A stretch of DNA of 43,963 nucleotides from Candidatus Saccharimonadota bacterium (GCA_017548735.1 JAFYZJ010000013.1:1-43963); one strand, 5' to 3'. Counted from the stretch's first letter, positions 22,636 to 32,338 are shown. A program made the numbers and translations. Notes: generated from the sequence alone by a model not told the origin.

Positions 22636-24453
22636 ATGCCAAGCAAATCAGCTAAATCGGTCGACGGCATTAAGGGCACGCCAAAAAACAGAGTGGCAAA
22701 AACGCCCGCTGCCAAAAAGACACAGAAGTCTGCAACCAAGACTACAGACGGAATTAAAGTAGAAGTACGCCGCACTAAGAAGCCAGCTGCTACACCTGCT
22801 CCGCTCAAGAAGAAACTCGCTATTAGGGAAACCAGCGCGCCTATCGTAATTAACGACGAGCCAGCACCAGCTGAAGCGCCAGCCGATCTCCCGTCCAGCG
22901 AGAATGATGAAATTATGAACGAAATCGACCGCCTAGTAGAGTCTGATCCGGACGCAACCAAGATGGACGATATTCGTGAAATGTCAAAGGACAAAAAGAA
23001 ACTCAACAAGGCCAAAAAGCCTCGCGGTAAAATCGAGATTATTCTTTCGATTATCGCCCTCCTCGCTGAAGCCGGTGCAGGTGGTCTCCTTATTTATGGT
23101 CTCTTGAAGCTGAATATTCTTCAGGAATGGCAGAATTACGCTATTATCGTGGCAATGTCGCTGATTTTCCTTTTCACTCTCCGCAAACTCACCAAGCGCA
23201 AAGCTTTGAAAGGTACCCGCATTTTCTGCATTGTTCTCGCACTCTTGCTTGCCGGCGCCTATGGCTACGCGTATTATCACATCAATAACGTCGTGACCTT
23301 TATCGAGGAAATTACCGCAGACAACACTGAGCAGATCGAGTATTCGGTTGCTGTACTCAAGGATAGCACGATTAAGTCGAAGGAAGGCCTCGCCGGCAAG
23401 AAGCTCGGCTTCCAGCTAACTGACCTTCATCTCAAACAGGCAAAAGAGACACTCAGCAATGAGATAAAGTATACTGGCACCGACTATGAAAACCTCACGA
23501 ATCTCTTCATAAATCTCGAGAGCAAGACTATTGACGGTATTGTACTCGCTACTAGCTACCTCGATATCCTCAAGGACGATTCTCCAGAGGATTACAAGAA
23601 ACTAAAGATTGTATATACCTTTAATATTGAGGTTGAGAAGGAAGACGAGAAGATGGCTACGGTCGACATCCAGAATCAGCCGTTCGTCATGTATATCTCC
23701 GGTACCGACTCCCGCAACGGCGTTCGAGCGACCGCTCGTAGCGACGTCAATATGCTTGCCGTCGTCAATCCAAAGCTCGGCAAGATTTTGCTAGTTTCCG
23801 TGCCGCGCGATTACTACGTCCAACTCCACGGTACGACTGGCACAAAAGACAAGCTCACTCATGCCGGCATCTACGGTATCGATATGAGCAAAAACACGAT
23901 GTCTGACCTCTTTGGCGGCGTTACGATTAATAGCACTATCAAGGTAAGCTTCTCAACCGTCGAGAAACTCGTTGACGCAGTAGACGGCATCGACATCTAC
24001 TCTGACCAGAGAATAAGGACTTGGGGTAGCGATTATTGTATTATCGCAAAAGGCAACGTCCATTTGGATGGCCGCTGTGCTCTTCACTTCGCCCGCGAAC
24101 GTCACTCCTACGCGAGCGGTGACCGTCATCGCATCCAAAACCAGCAAACCGTTTTGACTGCCATCTTCAACAAGGCAACCTCCACGAAGTACATCATGAA
24201 CTACAACCGTTTGCTCGACGCAATCAAGGGCACCTTCCAGACCAGCCTTAGCTACGACGAAATCACCAATTTCGCCAAGATGCAGCTCAATACGATGCGC
24301 AAATGGGAAATCGAATCCATTAGCGTTGACGGCAAAGGCTCTAGCGCGGCCACTTATAGCGGCGGTAGTCAGAAGCTCTACGTCATGATTCCAGACCAAA
24401 AGACCGTTGACGCGGCCATCGCAAAGATTCAGGAATATCTAAAGACCGAATAG
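22636..24453 (+). CDS. LytR-CpsA-Psr (LCP) family glycopolymer transferase with a basic N-terminus, TM helices and an extra domain
   Basis: FVMYISGTDSR...RSDVNMLAVVNPKLGKILLVSVPRDYYV is the LCP core. AAGGAGAG RBS. Confidence 0.85.
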   Translation: MPSKSAKSVDGIKGTPKNRVAKTPAAKKTQKSATKTTDGIKVEVRRTKKPAATPAPLKKKLAIRETSAPIVINDEPAPAEAPADLPSSENDEIMNEIDRLVESDPDATKMDDIREMSKDKKKLNKAKKPRGKIEIILSIIALLAEAGAGGLLIYGLLKLNILQEWQNYAIIVAMSLIFLFTLRKLTKRKALKGTRIFCIVLALLLAGAYGYAYYHINNVVTFIEEITADNTEQIEYSVAVLKDSTIKSKEGLAGKKLGFQLTDLHLKQAKETLSNEIKYTGTDYENLTNLFINLESKTIDGIVLATSYLDILKDDSPEDYKKLKIVYTFNIEVEKEDEKMATVDIQNQPFVMYISGTDSRNGVRATARSDVNMLAVVNPKLGKILLVSVPRDYYVQLHGTTGTKDKLTHAGIYGIDMSKNTMSDLFGGVTINSTIKVSFSTVEKLVDAVDGIDIYSDQRIRTWGSDYCIIAKGNVHLDGRCALHFARERHSYASGDRHRIQNQQTVLTAIFNKATSTKYIMNYNRLLDAIKGTFQTSLSYDEITNFAKMQLNTMRKWEIESISVDGKGSSAATYSGGSQKLYVMIPDQKTVDAAIAKIQEYLKTE

Positions 24454-24454
24454 C

Positions 24455-24483
24455 TTGACCTCTAGAACTCCCCATGGTATAAT
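24455..24483 (+). promoter_or_regulatory. consensus promoter overlapping a terminator-like hairpin
   Basis: TTGACC (24455-24460), a 17-nt spacer, then TATAAT (24478-24483). GAACTCCCC (24466-24474) pairs with GGGGAGTTC (24495-24503), followed by TTTTTT. Confidence 0.5.
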
Positions 24484-24559
24484 CGACCAATCGCGGGGAG
24501 TTCTTTTTTATTTTGTTGAGAAATTGCCCGACTATACTATCTGAAGGAGGTACTTCTTT

Positions 24560-25081
24560 ATGAGTACTTTTGCAACTTGTACATACAACGAACTGGCGGA
24601 TCTGATTGGACAAGAAGCGATTCGGCTCGCCGAGCAACAAGGCGTGGACTACGGTGGATTACTAATCTGCCCGAGAGCCCATACTACACCTGCGCTCGAG
24701 TGGGTTCGCGAAGGAAAGCCTCAAGAGTCGTCTATCAGGCTTTATCATTTCGATCCAAACAGAGAGATGGATCTCCTGGAAAACATCCCGAATGAAGTGC
24801 TCGACGAGATTGCGACAAATACGGCGCGTTTACCGGTAATTAAGCTACACAATGAGGATCATCTCTATATATCTGATTACGGTACCAGTATTTGCTATCC
24901 AGTCCACGAGCACGAAACGAACAAGACGTCACTTGATATCGTCTTGCTAGTTTGCTGCAGAAACACGATGAGCGAACGCGAAATTTGCATCGCTCTTCGC
25001 CCGATCATAAAGAGCTGGGCCGAATTGCAGAAAAAGTGGATACCGAGGCTTCATTTACGCTGCAGAAAAGTAGCGGTCTAA
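24560..25081 (+). CDS. hypothetical protein (173 aa)
   Basis: GAAGGAGG RBS and a terminator downstream. No recognisable motif. Confidence 0.6.
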   Translation: MSTFATCTYNELADLIGQEAIRLAEQQGVDYGGLLICPRAHTTPALEWVREGKPQESSIRLYHFDPNREMDLLENIPNEVLDEIATNTARLPVIKLHNEDHLYISDYGTSICYPVHEHETNKTSLDIVLLVCCRNTMSEREICIALRPIIKSWAELQKKWIPRLHLRCRKVAV

Positions 25082-25106
25082 GCATTAGCGCGACATAATC
25101 TCAACA

Positions 25107-25140
25107 AAAAACCGGTGTTCTTAATTGAACGCCGGTTTTT
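25107..25140. terminator. bidirectional intrinsic terminator
   Basis: AAAACCGGTGTTC / GAACGCCGGTTTT stem. Confidence 0.65.
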
Positions 25141-25146
25141 TATAGC

Positions 25147-25752
25147 TTAATCAATATTGATTGTGACGTAGCTTGGCTGAATATTACTAAGCTTCACGAA
25201 CACAACGCGGCCCGAAACGTCCGCAACGGACTTGTCCTTGGTCGAAGCGAGATCAATCTGAATGTTATAGTTCTCGTCGCGCGTAACGCTCTTAACCTGG
25301 AGGTCGGTAAGACCGGCCGTCTCAAGAGGCACTACGATTACCGAGCTGGAGTTAAAGAAGCTATCTTCAATCTGATAGAACGGAGATGCGCCGCCATAAC
25401 CAGCAATCGCTTCGGTCACTTTACCGAGCTCATCCTTACTAATCACAGTATAAGAGCTCTCATTCTCGCCCACCTCAAGCTTCTTGAGTAGCGATTCGCT
25501 ACCTTCGAGCACGGTATAGCCAAAAGTATCAGCCTGGTAGTCGACGGCAATAATCTCAGTGATGTGCTCTTTCTTTTCTTCGGCTTCAACTTCGCCGTCG
25601 AACTTGCGCTGAACGTTCATGCCGAAGTTGACGAGCGCCAAAACAGCAACCGCGCCAAGAAGGACACTAAAAATTGCCGACAAAACAATCTTGTAGTTTA
25701 CGTAGTTAGTTGAAATGTGGCTGTGATTATCCTGCTGTTCTTCTTCGCCCAT
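25147..25752 (-). CDS. membrane-anchored hypothetical protein
   Basis: 201 aa with an N-terminal TM helix (IVLSAIFSVLLGAVAVLALVNF) and an extracytoplasmic C-terminal domain. Lies downstream of frr. Confidence 0.65.
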   Translation of the reverse strand: MGEEEQQDNHSHISTNYVNYKIVLSAIFSVLLGAVAVLALVNFGMNVQRKFDGEVEAEEKKEHITEIIAVDYQADTFGYTVLEGSESLLKKLEVGENESSYTVISKDELGKVTEAIAGYGGASPFYQIEDSFFNSSSVIVVPLETAGLTDLQVKSVTRDENYNIQIDLASTKDKSVADVSGRVVFVKLSNIQPSYVTINID

Positions 25753-25780
25753 ATGCCTTCCCTTTTTATGCCAAATCGGC

Positions 25781-26323
25781 TTAGATTTTCATAATCTCCG
25801 CCTCTTTTTCGGCGAATAGTTTATCAATTTCAGTATTGAAATCTTTAATCATGTCATCAATGCTGGCTTCGGCGCGCTTCTTGGCGTCCTCAGCGAGCTC
25901 GAGGTTCTTGATTTCTTTACGGGCATCTTCACGAGCCTGGCGCAAGGAAATTTTCGCCTCCTCGACCTTGCCGCTAGCAGTCTTGACGATTTCTCTGCGG
26001 CGTTCCTCGGTGAGTGGTGGGATTGGAACGCGGATTACACGACCGTCATCGGCTGGATTTAGACCCAAAGCCTGATCTGCGCGGATTGCGCTTGCGATCT
26101 TGGCGATATTTGCGACATCGTACGGGGTGATTAAAAGCATGGTTGCGCCCTGAACGGTAATGTTTGCAACCTGATTGAGCGGCATAAACTGGCCATAAAC
26201 CTCAGCCTTAACACTGGCAAGCATATCAGGGTGCGCACGACCGGTGCGAACCTTTTTCATTTCTTCTTTAAAGCGCTCGACCGTAGCGGTCATCTTGGCT
26301 TTTACGCGGTTAGTATCGAACAT
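25781..26323 (-). CDS. frr: ribosome recycling factor
   Basis: VRTGRAHPDML, YGQFMPLNQVANI and the C-terminal coiled region are typical of RRF. Confidence 0.9.
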   Translation of the reverse strand: MFDTNRVKAKMTATVERFKEEMKKVRTGRAHPDMLASVKAEVYGQFMPLNQVANITVQGATMLLITPYDVANIAKIASAIRADQALGLNPADDGRVIRVPIPPLTEERRREIVKTASGKVEEAKISLRQAREDARKEIKNLELAEDAKKRAEASIDDMIKDFNTEIDKLFAEKEAEIMKI

Positions 26324-27180
26324 AACTTCTCAAACTCCTCTTTATTCTTAAATTTTAGCACGATATCACCTGAGCCGCGAGCGGTGGTATTGATCTTGAC
26401 CTTTACGCCAAGCTTCTTGGTGATATTTTTGACATACGGTTCAGTCGAAGGAGTAGCCGCAGCAGACTTTGGCGTCTTTGGCGTGCTCGCACGATTTGCG
26501 AGGTCAGCCTTGTACTGCTCAACACGACGAGCAGACCAACCTTCTTCGATAATCTTTGGCAAGACTGCATTAATCTGAGCTGGAGTAAGCGTTACGAGCG
26601 GGCGCATCTGGCCTTCGGAAAGCTTGTGCTCGAGCATCGCATGCTTTGCTTCGTCTGGAAGATTGAGGAGGCGGAGCGTATTAATGACGGCCGTCTCGCT
26701 CTTGCCGACACGTTTAGCGATTGCGGCATTATCGAGATTAAACTGGTCATGAAGCTTCGCATAAGCCGTAGCAACCTCAATCGCATTCAAATCGGCACGC
26801 TGAACGTTTTCAATCAAGGAAATCTCGAGACGATTCTGCGCATCGAGTGTACGAATTACTGCCGGAATCTTTTCTAGGCCAGCAAGTTTACTTGCGCGCC
26901 AGCGGCGTTCACCGGCGACAATTTTATACTTGTTGCCATCTTTAGAAACGACAATAGGTTGAACAACGCCATGCTCACGAATCGAGTCAGCAAGTGCATC
27001 AAGCTGCGCCTGGTCGAACTTGCGGCGTGGCTGGTCTTCATCTGGAACAATATCATTTAGCGGCAGTTCAGAAAGCTGGCTCTCCTTGCGGTCCGCCTCT
27101 GCAGTCGGGTCAAAAACCGGGTCAAAATCGTCTGGAATCAGCTTTTCGAGGCCGCGACCTAATCCTTTGAGCGCGCTCAT
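26302..27180 (-). CDS. parB: chromosome partitioning protein ParB/Spo0J
   Basis: LGRGLEKLIP, GERRWRASKLAGL and an HTH region. The start overlaps the parA stop. Confidence 0.9.
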   Translation of the reverse strand: MSALKGLGRGLEKLIPDDFDPVFDPTAEADRKESQLSELPLNDIVPDEDQPRRKFDQAQLDALADSIREHGVVQPIVVSKDGNKYKIVAGERRWRASKLAGLEKIPAVIRTLDAQNRLEISLIENVQRADLNAIEVATAYAKLHDQFNLDNAAIAKRVGKSETAVINTLRLLNLPDEAKHAMLEHKLSEGQMRPLVTLTPAQINAVLPKIIEEGWSARRVEQYKADLANRASTPKTPKSAAATPSTEPYVKNITKKLGVKVKINTTARGSGDIVLKFKNKEEFEKLCSILTA

Positions 27181-27959
27181 TTCGTACGCTCCAAAACTTC
27201 ATCAGCGAGTGCTTTGTAGGCCTTGGCGCCTTTCGAGAAACGGTCGTACTGGCCGATTGCTACGCCATGGCTTGGCGCCTCAGCGAGGCGAACATTGCGC
27301 GGGATAGTAGTTTCGAAAACGTGATTCTTGAAATAACCCTTGATATTCGCAAGCACGTCGGAGCTAAGCGTCGTGCGCTTGTCATACATCGTAGCGAGCA
27401 CGCCGAGAAGCTTGAGTTTCGGATTGATGCCCTTCTTGCGAATTTCATTAATTGTCTTGAGGAGCTCAGTAACGCCCTGAAGCGCATAAAACTCCGTCTG
27501 GACTGGAAGCAAAACATAATCTGCGGCCGCCATGCCGTTAATCGTAAGAAGCGAAAGGCTTGGCTGGCTATCGACGATAATATAGTCATACTTGTCGGCG
27601 ATTTCCGCGATTGCCTGCTTGAGCACAAAGAAGCGATCTGGAACCGCCACATCACTCATCGCAACCTCAGCATCGGCAAGCTCAACAGTCGTCGGGATAA
27701 GGAAGAGATTCTTAGCCTTTTTCTTGTCCGGCTGAACGATAATCTTACTAATTTCAGCTTCGCCAGTCATCGCAGCAGAAATAGTCTTCGCGAACTTTTT
27801 TTCGTTCACACCAAGACCAGAGCTAGCATTACCCTGCGGATCAAAATCAATCAGCAGCGTTTTCTTGCCGGCTTTTGCGAGATAAAAAGCTAGATTGACA
27901 GACGTAGTCGTCTTGCCAACACCTCCTTTTTGATTGGTAACGGTAATCACCTTTGCCAT
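27177..27959 (-). CDS. parA: chromosome partitioning ATPase ParA/Soj
   Basis: Deviant Walker A NQKGGVGKTTTSVNLA and a size typical of ParA. Confidence 0.9.
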   Translation of the reverse strand: MAKVITVTNQKGGVGKTTTSVNLAFYLAKAGKKTLLIDFDPQGNASSGLGVNEKKFAKTISAAMTGEAEISKIIVQPDKKKAKNLFLIPTTVELADAEVAMSDVAVPDRFFVLKQAIAEIADKYDYIIVDSQPSLSLLTINGMAAADYVLLPVQTEFYALQGVTELLKTINEIRKKGINPKLKLLGVLATMYDKRTTLSSDVLANIKGYFKNHVFETTIPRNVRLAEAPSHGVAIGQYDRFSKGAKAYKALADEVLERTK

Positions 27960-27968
27960 AAGACTATT

Positions 27969-28916
27969 TTACCACAAATAAGATTCAATTATCTCAGGAA
28001 TCGGAATTTCGAGCAAAACGAGGCAGTTTTCGTCCAACCTCTGGCCGAGATGATTAATTAGATCGATATCTTCGGAGAAGAATTTGATTTTCTTGTTGTC
28101 GTTCTGGGTTTGCTGACCGCCGAGGATAAGGATTTCGCTAACGAGATCATAATCGACCTTTGCAAGCTTGCGGACATCATCGGTAACCAAGATGCGATCC
28201 GGAGCATCGATACTATAGAGCGCCTGAAGACCGTACTTCATTGAAGTCTTGGATGTGCTAGCAGAGTCGTCGAGAATAATCGAATTATGAAGACCCTTGG
28301 CTGGCGACATGCGGCCATGAACTGGGCGAATTGCGTCGACGCCCGCGAGGATATGGTCGCGGTCAACCTGGAAGAGTTTTGCGACAGCACAAGCCATCAC
28401 GACTGGGCGCATGTTATGCTCACCAATAAGCTTGACGGTGACTGGAATATGCTCGCGCTCTGGATTGACGATATCGCCCTGCTGGCCATCGAGACCAGAG
28501 TCATGATTCTCGAAGTAGAAATCTGCTGGCAACTCATCGCCATAAGTAGTAATCTCGGCATTCTTGAGATATTTGGCGAATTTCTGCGGTACGTCATTGT
28601 AGTTCACGAAAACGTGCTTGGCGCGGTTCGCGAGCGCAAAGAACTTTTGCGCCTCTTCGTCAGTCTCGCAACTCGTCACGACAACGATATCTGGGTCAAT
28701 GTCCGGGAACATCACCATCGAATTATAATCGAGCAACACAATGTCTGGATCGGCGGCTTTATTGACGCCCATCGTTACCGTAAAGACCTGGCCAAGAACC
28801 ATGCCAAGGCAGCGAATCGCCGACTTGCGGCCAAAAGAACCAGCGATAACAATCGTCTTTACTTGCGGATTGCGGCGAAAATACCGCTCCATCTTGCTTT
28901 TGGCGTCAAAAATCAT
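27969..28916 (-). CDS. short, divergent Mur-ligase-family protein
   Basis: IAGSFGRKS aligns with the Mur ligase P-loop (GTNGKTT). IGEHN, HGR and LDDSASTS (compare DDSYNAN of MurF) are colinear. At 315 aa it lacks the N-terminal domain. Confidence 0.5.
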   Translation of the reverse strand: MIFDAKSKMERYFRRNPQVKTIVIAGSFGRKSAIRCLGMVLGQVFTVTMGVNKAADPDIVLLDYNSMVMFPDIDPDIVVVTSCETDEEAQKFFALANRAKHVFVNYNDVPQKFAKYLKNAEITTYGDELPADFYFENHDSGLDGQQGDIVNPEREHIPVTVKLIGEHNMRPVVMACAVAKLFQVDRDHILAGVDAIRPVHGRMSPAKGLHNSIILDDSASTSKTSMKYGLQALYSIDAPDRILVTDDVRKLAKVDYDLVSEILILGGQQTQNDNKKIKFFSEDIDLINHLGQRLDENCLVLLEIPIPEIIESYLW

Positions 28917-29545
28917 TATTTCTTTGCCTTCCTAATTGCTTTGCGAACAGCTTTGTCTTCGAGCTTTTCGTCCTTGCTATGAACACCGAAGAAGAGGTCA
29001 GTGAGACCGTTTACCATGAGGTAAGTGCCAAAGACGAGCACCTTCGTATTGAAGAATGCGCCGACCGATTCGGAGCCGCTGGTTGCGCCACCAAGCATAA
29101 GGAATGCGAGAACTGCGCCAATTGCGCCGTTAACAATCCACATAAAGCGGTCGGTCATGTTATTGAAGCTCACGAAGCCCATTGCAATCGTGACGATTGA
29201 CGCGAAGGCGACGTAGCCAGCGAGAATTGCAATGCGCAAAGCGACGAGGCTTTCGTCTGTCATGTTTGGATCGACGGTGTATAGGAGAGCAACGCTAATT
29301 GCGAGCTCCAAGAAGCCCAAGAATAGCGGGAAGCCCCAGTTGTGCGAACGTTTTTTGCGATAGACGACGTTTGCTAACTCGACGAGCGCGAGGCCAAACA
29401 TTGTCCAGCCGAGAATCTGAGTTAGATAATGTGTATCCTGGTTGCGTGAGAACATGAGGCAGAGACCTGCCACCACTGAAACCGCACCCTTCATGGCAAA
29501 TGTAAGCCAATGACTTTCAATAAATTTTTTCGTTGTGTTGCTCAC
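28916..29545 (-). CDS. multi-pass membrane protein (possibly DUF308/HdeD-like)
   Basis: Six predicted TM helices and a basic C-tail. I prefer the GTG start at 29545, 9 nt after AAGGAG. The alternative TTG at 29602 has no RBS. Confidence 0.55.
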   Translation of the reverse strand: MSNTTKKFIESHWLTFAMKGAVSVVAGLCLMFSRNQDTHYLTQILGWTMFGLALVELANVVYRKKRSHNWGFPLFLGFLELAISVALLYTVDPNMTDESLVALRIAILAGYVAFASIVTIAMGFVSFNNMTDRFMWIVNGAIGAVLAFLMLGGATSGSESVGAFFNTKVLVFGTYLMVNGLTDLFFGVHSKDEKLEDKAVRKAIRKAKK

Positions 29546-29608
29546 TTGAAAAAGCTCCTTAATTTCTACTTTAAGGATACAATAAGCATAAGCTTTTTTC
29601 AAGAATTT

Positions 29609-30628
29609 CTAGACGTGGCGAATCTTGGCGCGGAGCTTTTCGACCGCATAATCTAGGCGATATTTTGCCGGCTTAATGACCATGTCGTGCGCATGCAGGT
29701 ATTGAAGCTCTTCAACGCCAAAGCTGCGCTTGAATTGGCTGACGCCGTAGAAGCGATGCTTAGTCTCATCAAGGCCAGTGATGCCCCAGAAATTGTAGCG
29801 TTTGATACCGCGTTCGCGGGCGTCGCGCATAGCCTGCATATGAAGAAGTGGCGCGCCAGAATACTTCGTGCCGAGCGCCGTTGACACGCCATAGTGATAG
29901 CTCGCTTCGTTGCCGTAGAAAATCATGAAGTTCTGGGCAAGAATCTCGTCGCCAAGTTTCGCAGTATAGAGTTTCACTTCGTCGTATTTTGCGAAGGCTT
30001 CGAATTGCTTGGTTAGAAAGCTTTCCGAGAACTCGACGAAACCGTGACGCTTCGCAGTTTCGAGCTCAATTTGGTAGAATTCGTGAATATCTTTTGGATC
30101 AGTGCTGGTCAAAACGGTTATCTCATTTTTCTCAGCCTTGCGGATTTTGCGACGAAGGCCCTGGGCGGCATTCGCGAGGATTTCTTCCTCTGGCTTCGAG
30201 ATATCTAGGACGCCAGCGAGCTCAACCGATAGATAGATTGGAGCAGGCCTTAGCCCTAAGTCTTTGAAGAGTTTGCGGTTCTTTTCGGTCTCAAGAATTT
30301 GTGGGCGAATACGCACAAAGACACACTTGGCCGCTTCGGCCTGCGCCTTAATGTCGGCAAAAATCGCTTCGCGAAGAGCTTTCTTGCCCCAGTCCATAAT
30401 TGGACCACCGGCAATCGCCATATAGGTGCCGCGCTTGGCGGTTTCTACCTGGCCAACATAGGCTGCGATAATATTCTCATCATTATCGAGTGCAATGCGG
30501 CGAACGACTTTTTTGCCGCGCGCTTCATGAAAATCACCCCATGCCCATGACTGCAAAAAGTTTGCATCATCATGGCTAGTAATGAATTTATCCCATTTCT
30601 TCTGGTCGGTTGCATCAATAATCTTCAT
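29609..30628 (-). CDS. FemAB-family peptidoglycan aminoacyltransferase (FemX-like)
   Basis: N-terminal FLQSWAWGDFH and a size of about 340 aa are typical of FemX/FemAB. It is a paralog of the adjacent gene. Confidence 0.8.
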   Translation of the reverse strand: MKIIDATDQKKWDKFITSHDDANFLQSWAWGDFHEARGKKVVRRIALDNDENIIAAYVGQVETAKRGTYMAIAGGPIMDWGKKALREAIFADIKAQAEAAKCVFVRIRPQILETEKNRKLFKDLGLRPAPIYLSVELAGVLDISKPEEEILANAAQGLRRKIRKAEKNEITVLTSTDPKDIHEFYQIELETAKRHGFVEFSESFLTKQFEAFAKYDEVKLYTAKLGDEILAQNFMIFYGNEASYHYGVSTALGTKYSGAPLLHMQAMRDARERGIKRYNFWGITGLDETKHRFYGVSQFKRSFGVEELQYLHAHDMVIKPAKYRLDYAVEKLRAKIRHV

Positions 30629-30635
30629 ATTTCTC

Positions 30636-31652
30636 CTATAGGTGACGTTTCTTTTTGCGGGCTTTTTCGATCGCGCTTACGAGCTTGTAGCGCAGTTTGT
30701 TTACGACGATATCCTGTGCCGGGAGATAGGCGATTTGCTCACCGCCGAAGCCAGTCTTGAAGGTCGTAACGCCAGCAAAGCGATGGTTTGGCGAATTCGG
30801 CGGCGCGATACCAAAGAGGTTGTAGCGCTTCATGCCGAGCTTCTTGGCGTCCTGAATGATCTGCCATTGCAATGCGTAGGCGCCTGGGAATTTGCGGCCA
30901 TCCGGGGTTGATGCGGCTTCATGGTAAATTGCTTCCGGCGCACTAAAAATCACCAAGCCTTGGCAAAGCTTCTTGCCATCAAGCTCTGCGGTATAGATGC
31001 GAGCCATGTCGCCATAGACTTCGTGCTGCGCGAGCACGCAGTTGCGCGAGCTAGGGACGAAACCCTGGCGCTCAGCAGTCTGGAGCTGCAAATCATAGAA
31101 ATCATTAAAAGCTTGCTTAGTTGTTTCGTAGCTGACCTTTATACCGAGTTTTGCCGAGCGGCGCACCTCGTAGCGCGTTTGGCGACGCATTTCGGTCATC
31201 AAATCTTCGTCCGATTTGCCCATATCGAGCATGATAGTATTTTCGGCGTGAAGTAACATTGGCGCTGGCACGAGACCGACTTTCTTGGCGGTCGCAAGGT
31301 GCGCTGGCGTATTGTCGATATTCGGGCGAATGCGCACAAAAACGCATTTTTCGGCCGCAGCGAGTTTTTTAATCTCGTCGATAAAGAAGCGGATTGGCTT
31401 GATTGGGCCATCCCAGTCCATAACTGGGCCGCCCGGGATTTCAAAATAGCGACCGCGACGCGCGTCTTTGCGAATAACGACAGCGGAGCCGATAATCTTC
31501 TCGCCATCATAGAGACCGAGATACTTGGCTTTTTCGCCTTCAACTTCGTGAACCTTACCCCAATTTGACATTTGCAAAAAGTTCATCTCCGGGTGCTGCT
31601 TCGAGATAAATTCGTCGAGTGTTTTCGGCTCAATCGCAACGACTTTTAACAT
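30636..31652 (-). CDS. FemAB-family peptidoglycan aminoacyltransferase (second paralog)
   Basis: FLQMSNWGKVH and colinearity with the 29609-30628 product (for example VFVRIRP, RYNFWG/RYNLFG). Confidence 0.8.
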   Translation of the reverse strand: MLKVVAIEPKTLDEFISKQHPEMNFLQMSNWGKVHEVEGEKAKYLGLYDGEKIIGSAVVIRKDARRGRYFEIPGGPVMDWDGPIKPIRFFIDEIKKLAAAEKCVFVRIRPNIDNTPAHLATAKKVGLVPAPMLLHAENTIMLDMGKSDEDLMTEMRRQTRYEVRRSAKLGIKVSYETTKQAFNDFYDLQLQTAERQGFVPSSRNCVLAQHEVYGDMARIYTAELDGKKLCQGLVIFSAPEAIYHEAASTPDGRKFPGAYALQWQIIQDAKKLGMKRYNLFGIAPPNSPNHRFAGVTTFKTGFGGEQIAYLPAQDIVVNKLRYKLVSAIEKARKKKRHL

Positions 31653-32338
31653 TTCTTGCCTCCTGCGAGCTTGACAAATTTCTCCGCAATCACATCGGCG
31701 AGCTCATTGGTCGAAACGAGATAATGCGAATGGCGCCAACCATCCTTGACGGTTAGCTCGGAACCCTTAATGAGTTCGTGAATTTTCTTGCCTTGGCGAA
31801 GCGGCGTGATATTGTCGTCCGACCCCCATATAATCTGCGTCGGCGTCGTAACTTTTGCGATATCGAGAGCCTTGTCGGAATCAAGCATATTAGTAAGGGT
31901 GACCTTCATGTTCTCTGGCGCGTTCTCATAGTCGCTTGCGCCCAAAATCTTGTGCGCCAACTTGCGGGCAAACTTGGATTTTTTGAGTGGCGAAAGCGCC
32001 TTCGAGAGACCGCGCGAAATGTCACGCTTGGCAGATTTCTCGTAATAGCCAGCGGCGTCAAGCAAGATGATTCCCTTGAGATAATCTGGCTCTTTGCTCA
32101 GCAAATTCAAGAGAATGCGACCGCCATTGCTGTGACCAAGTGCAATGCTACCTTTCGGCAAATTCTCTTTTGCCCAGGTGACGTAGTCCTCAATCGTAAA
32201 TGATTTTTTGGAAGGCTTGCCAAGGCCAGGCACACGTAATAATTCCGCATCAATACCCTGCGCCCTTAGATCTTTTATGACATCAAGCCATGGCTCTGGC
32301 TTGTAGGTCCAACCGTGCAAAATATATAACTTTTTCAT
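31646..32338 (-). CDS. alpha/beta hydrolase
   Basis: The nucleophile elbow is GHSNGG. Size and secondary-structure pattern fit the alpha/beta hydrolase fold. Confidence 0.7.
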   Translation of the reverse strand: MKKLYILHGWTYKPEPWLDVIKDLRAQGIDAELLRVPGLGKPSKKSFTIEDYVTWAKENLPKGSIALGHSNGGRILLNLLSKEPDYLKGIILLDAAGYYEKSAKRDISRGLSKALSPLKKSKFARKLAHKILGASDYENAPENMKVTLTNMLDSDKALDIAKVTTPTQIIWGSDDNITPLRQGKKIHELIKGSELTVKDGWRHSHYLVSTNELADVIAEKFVKLAGGKKC

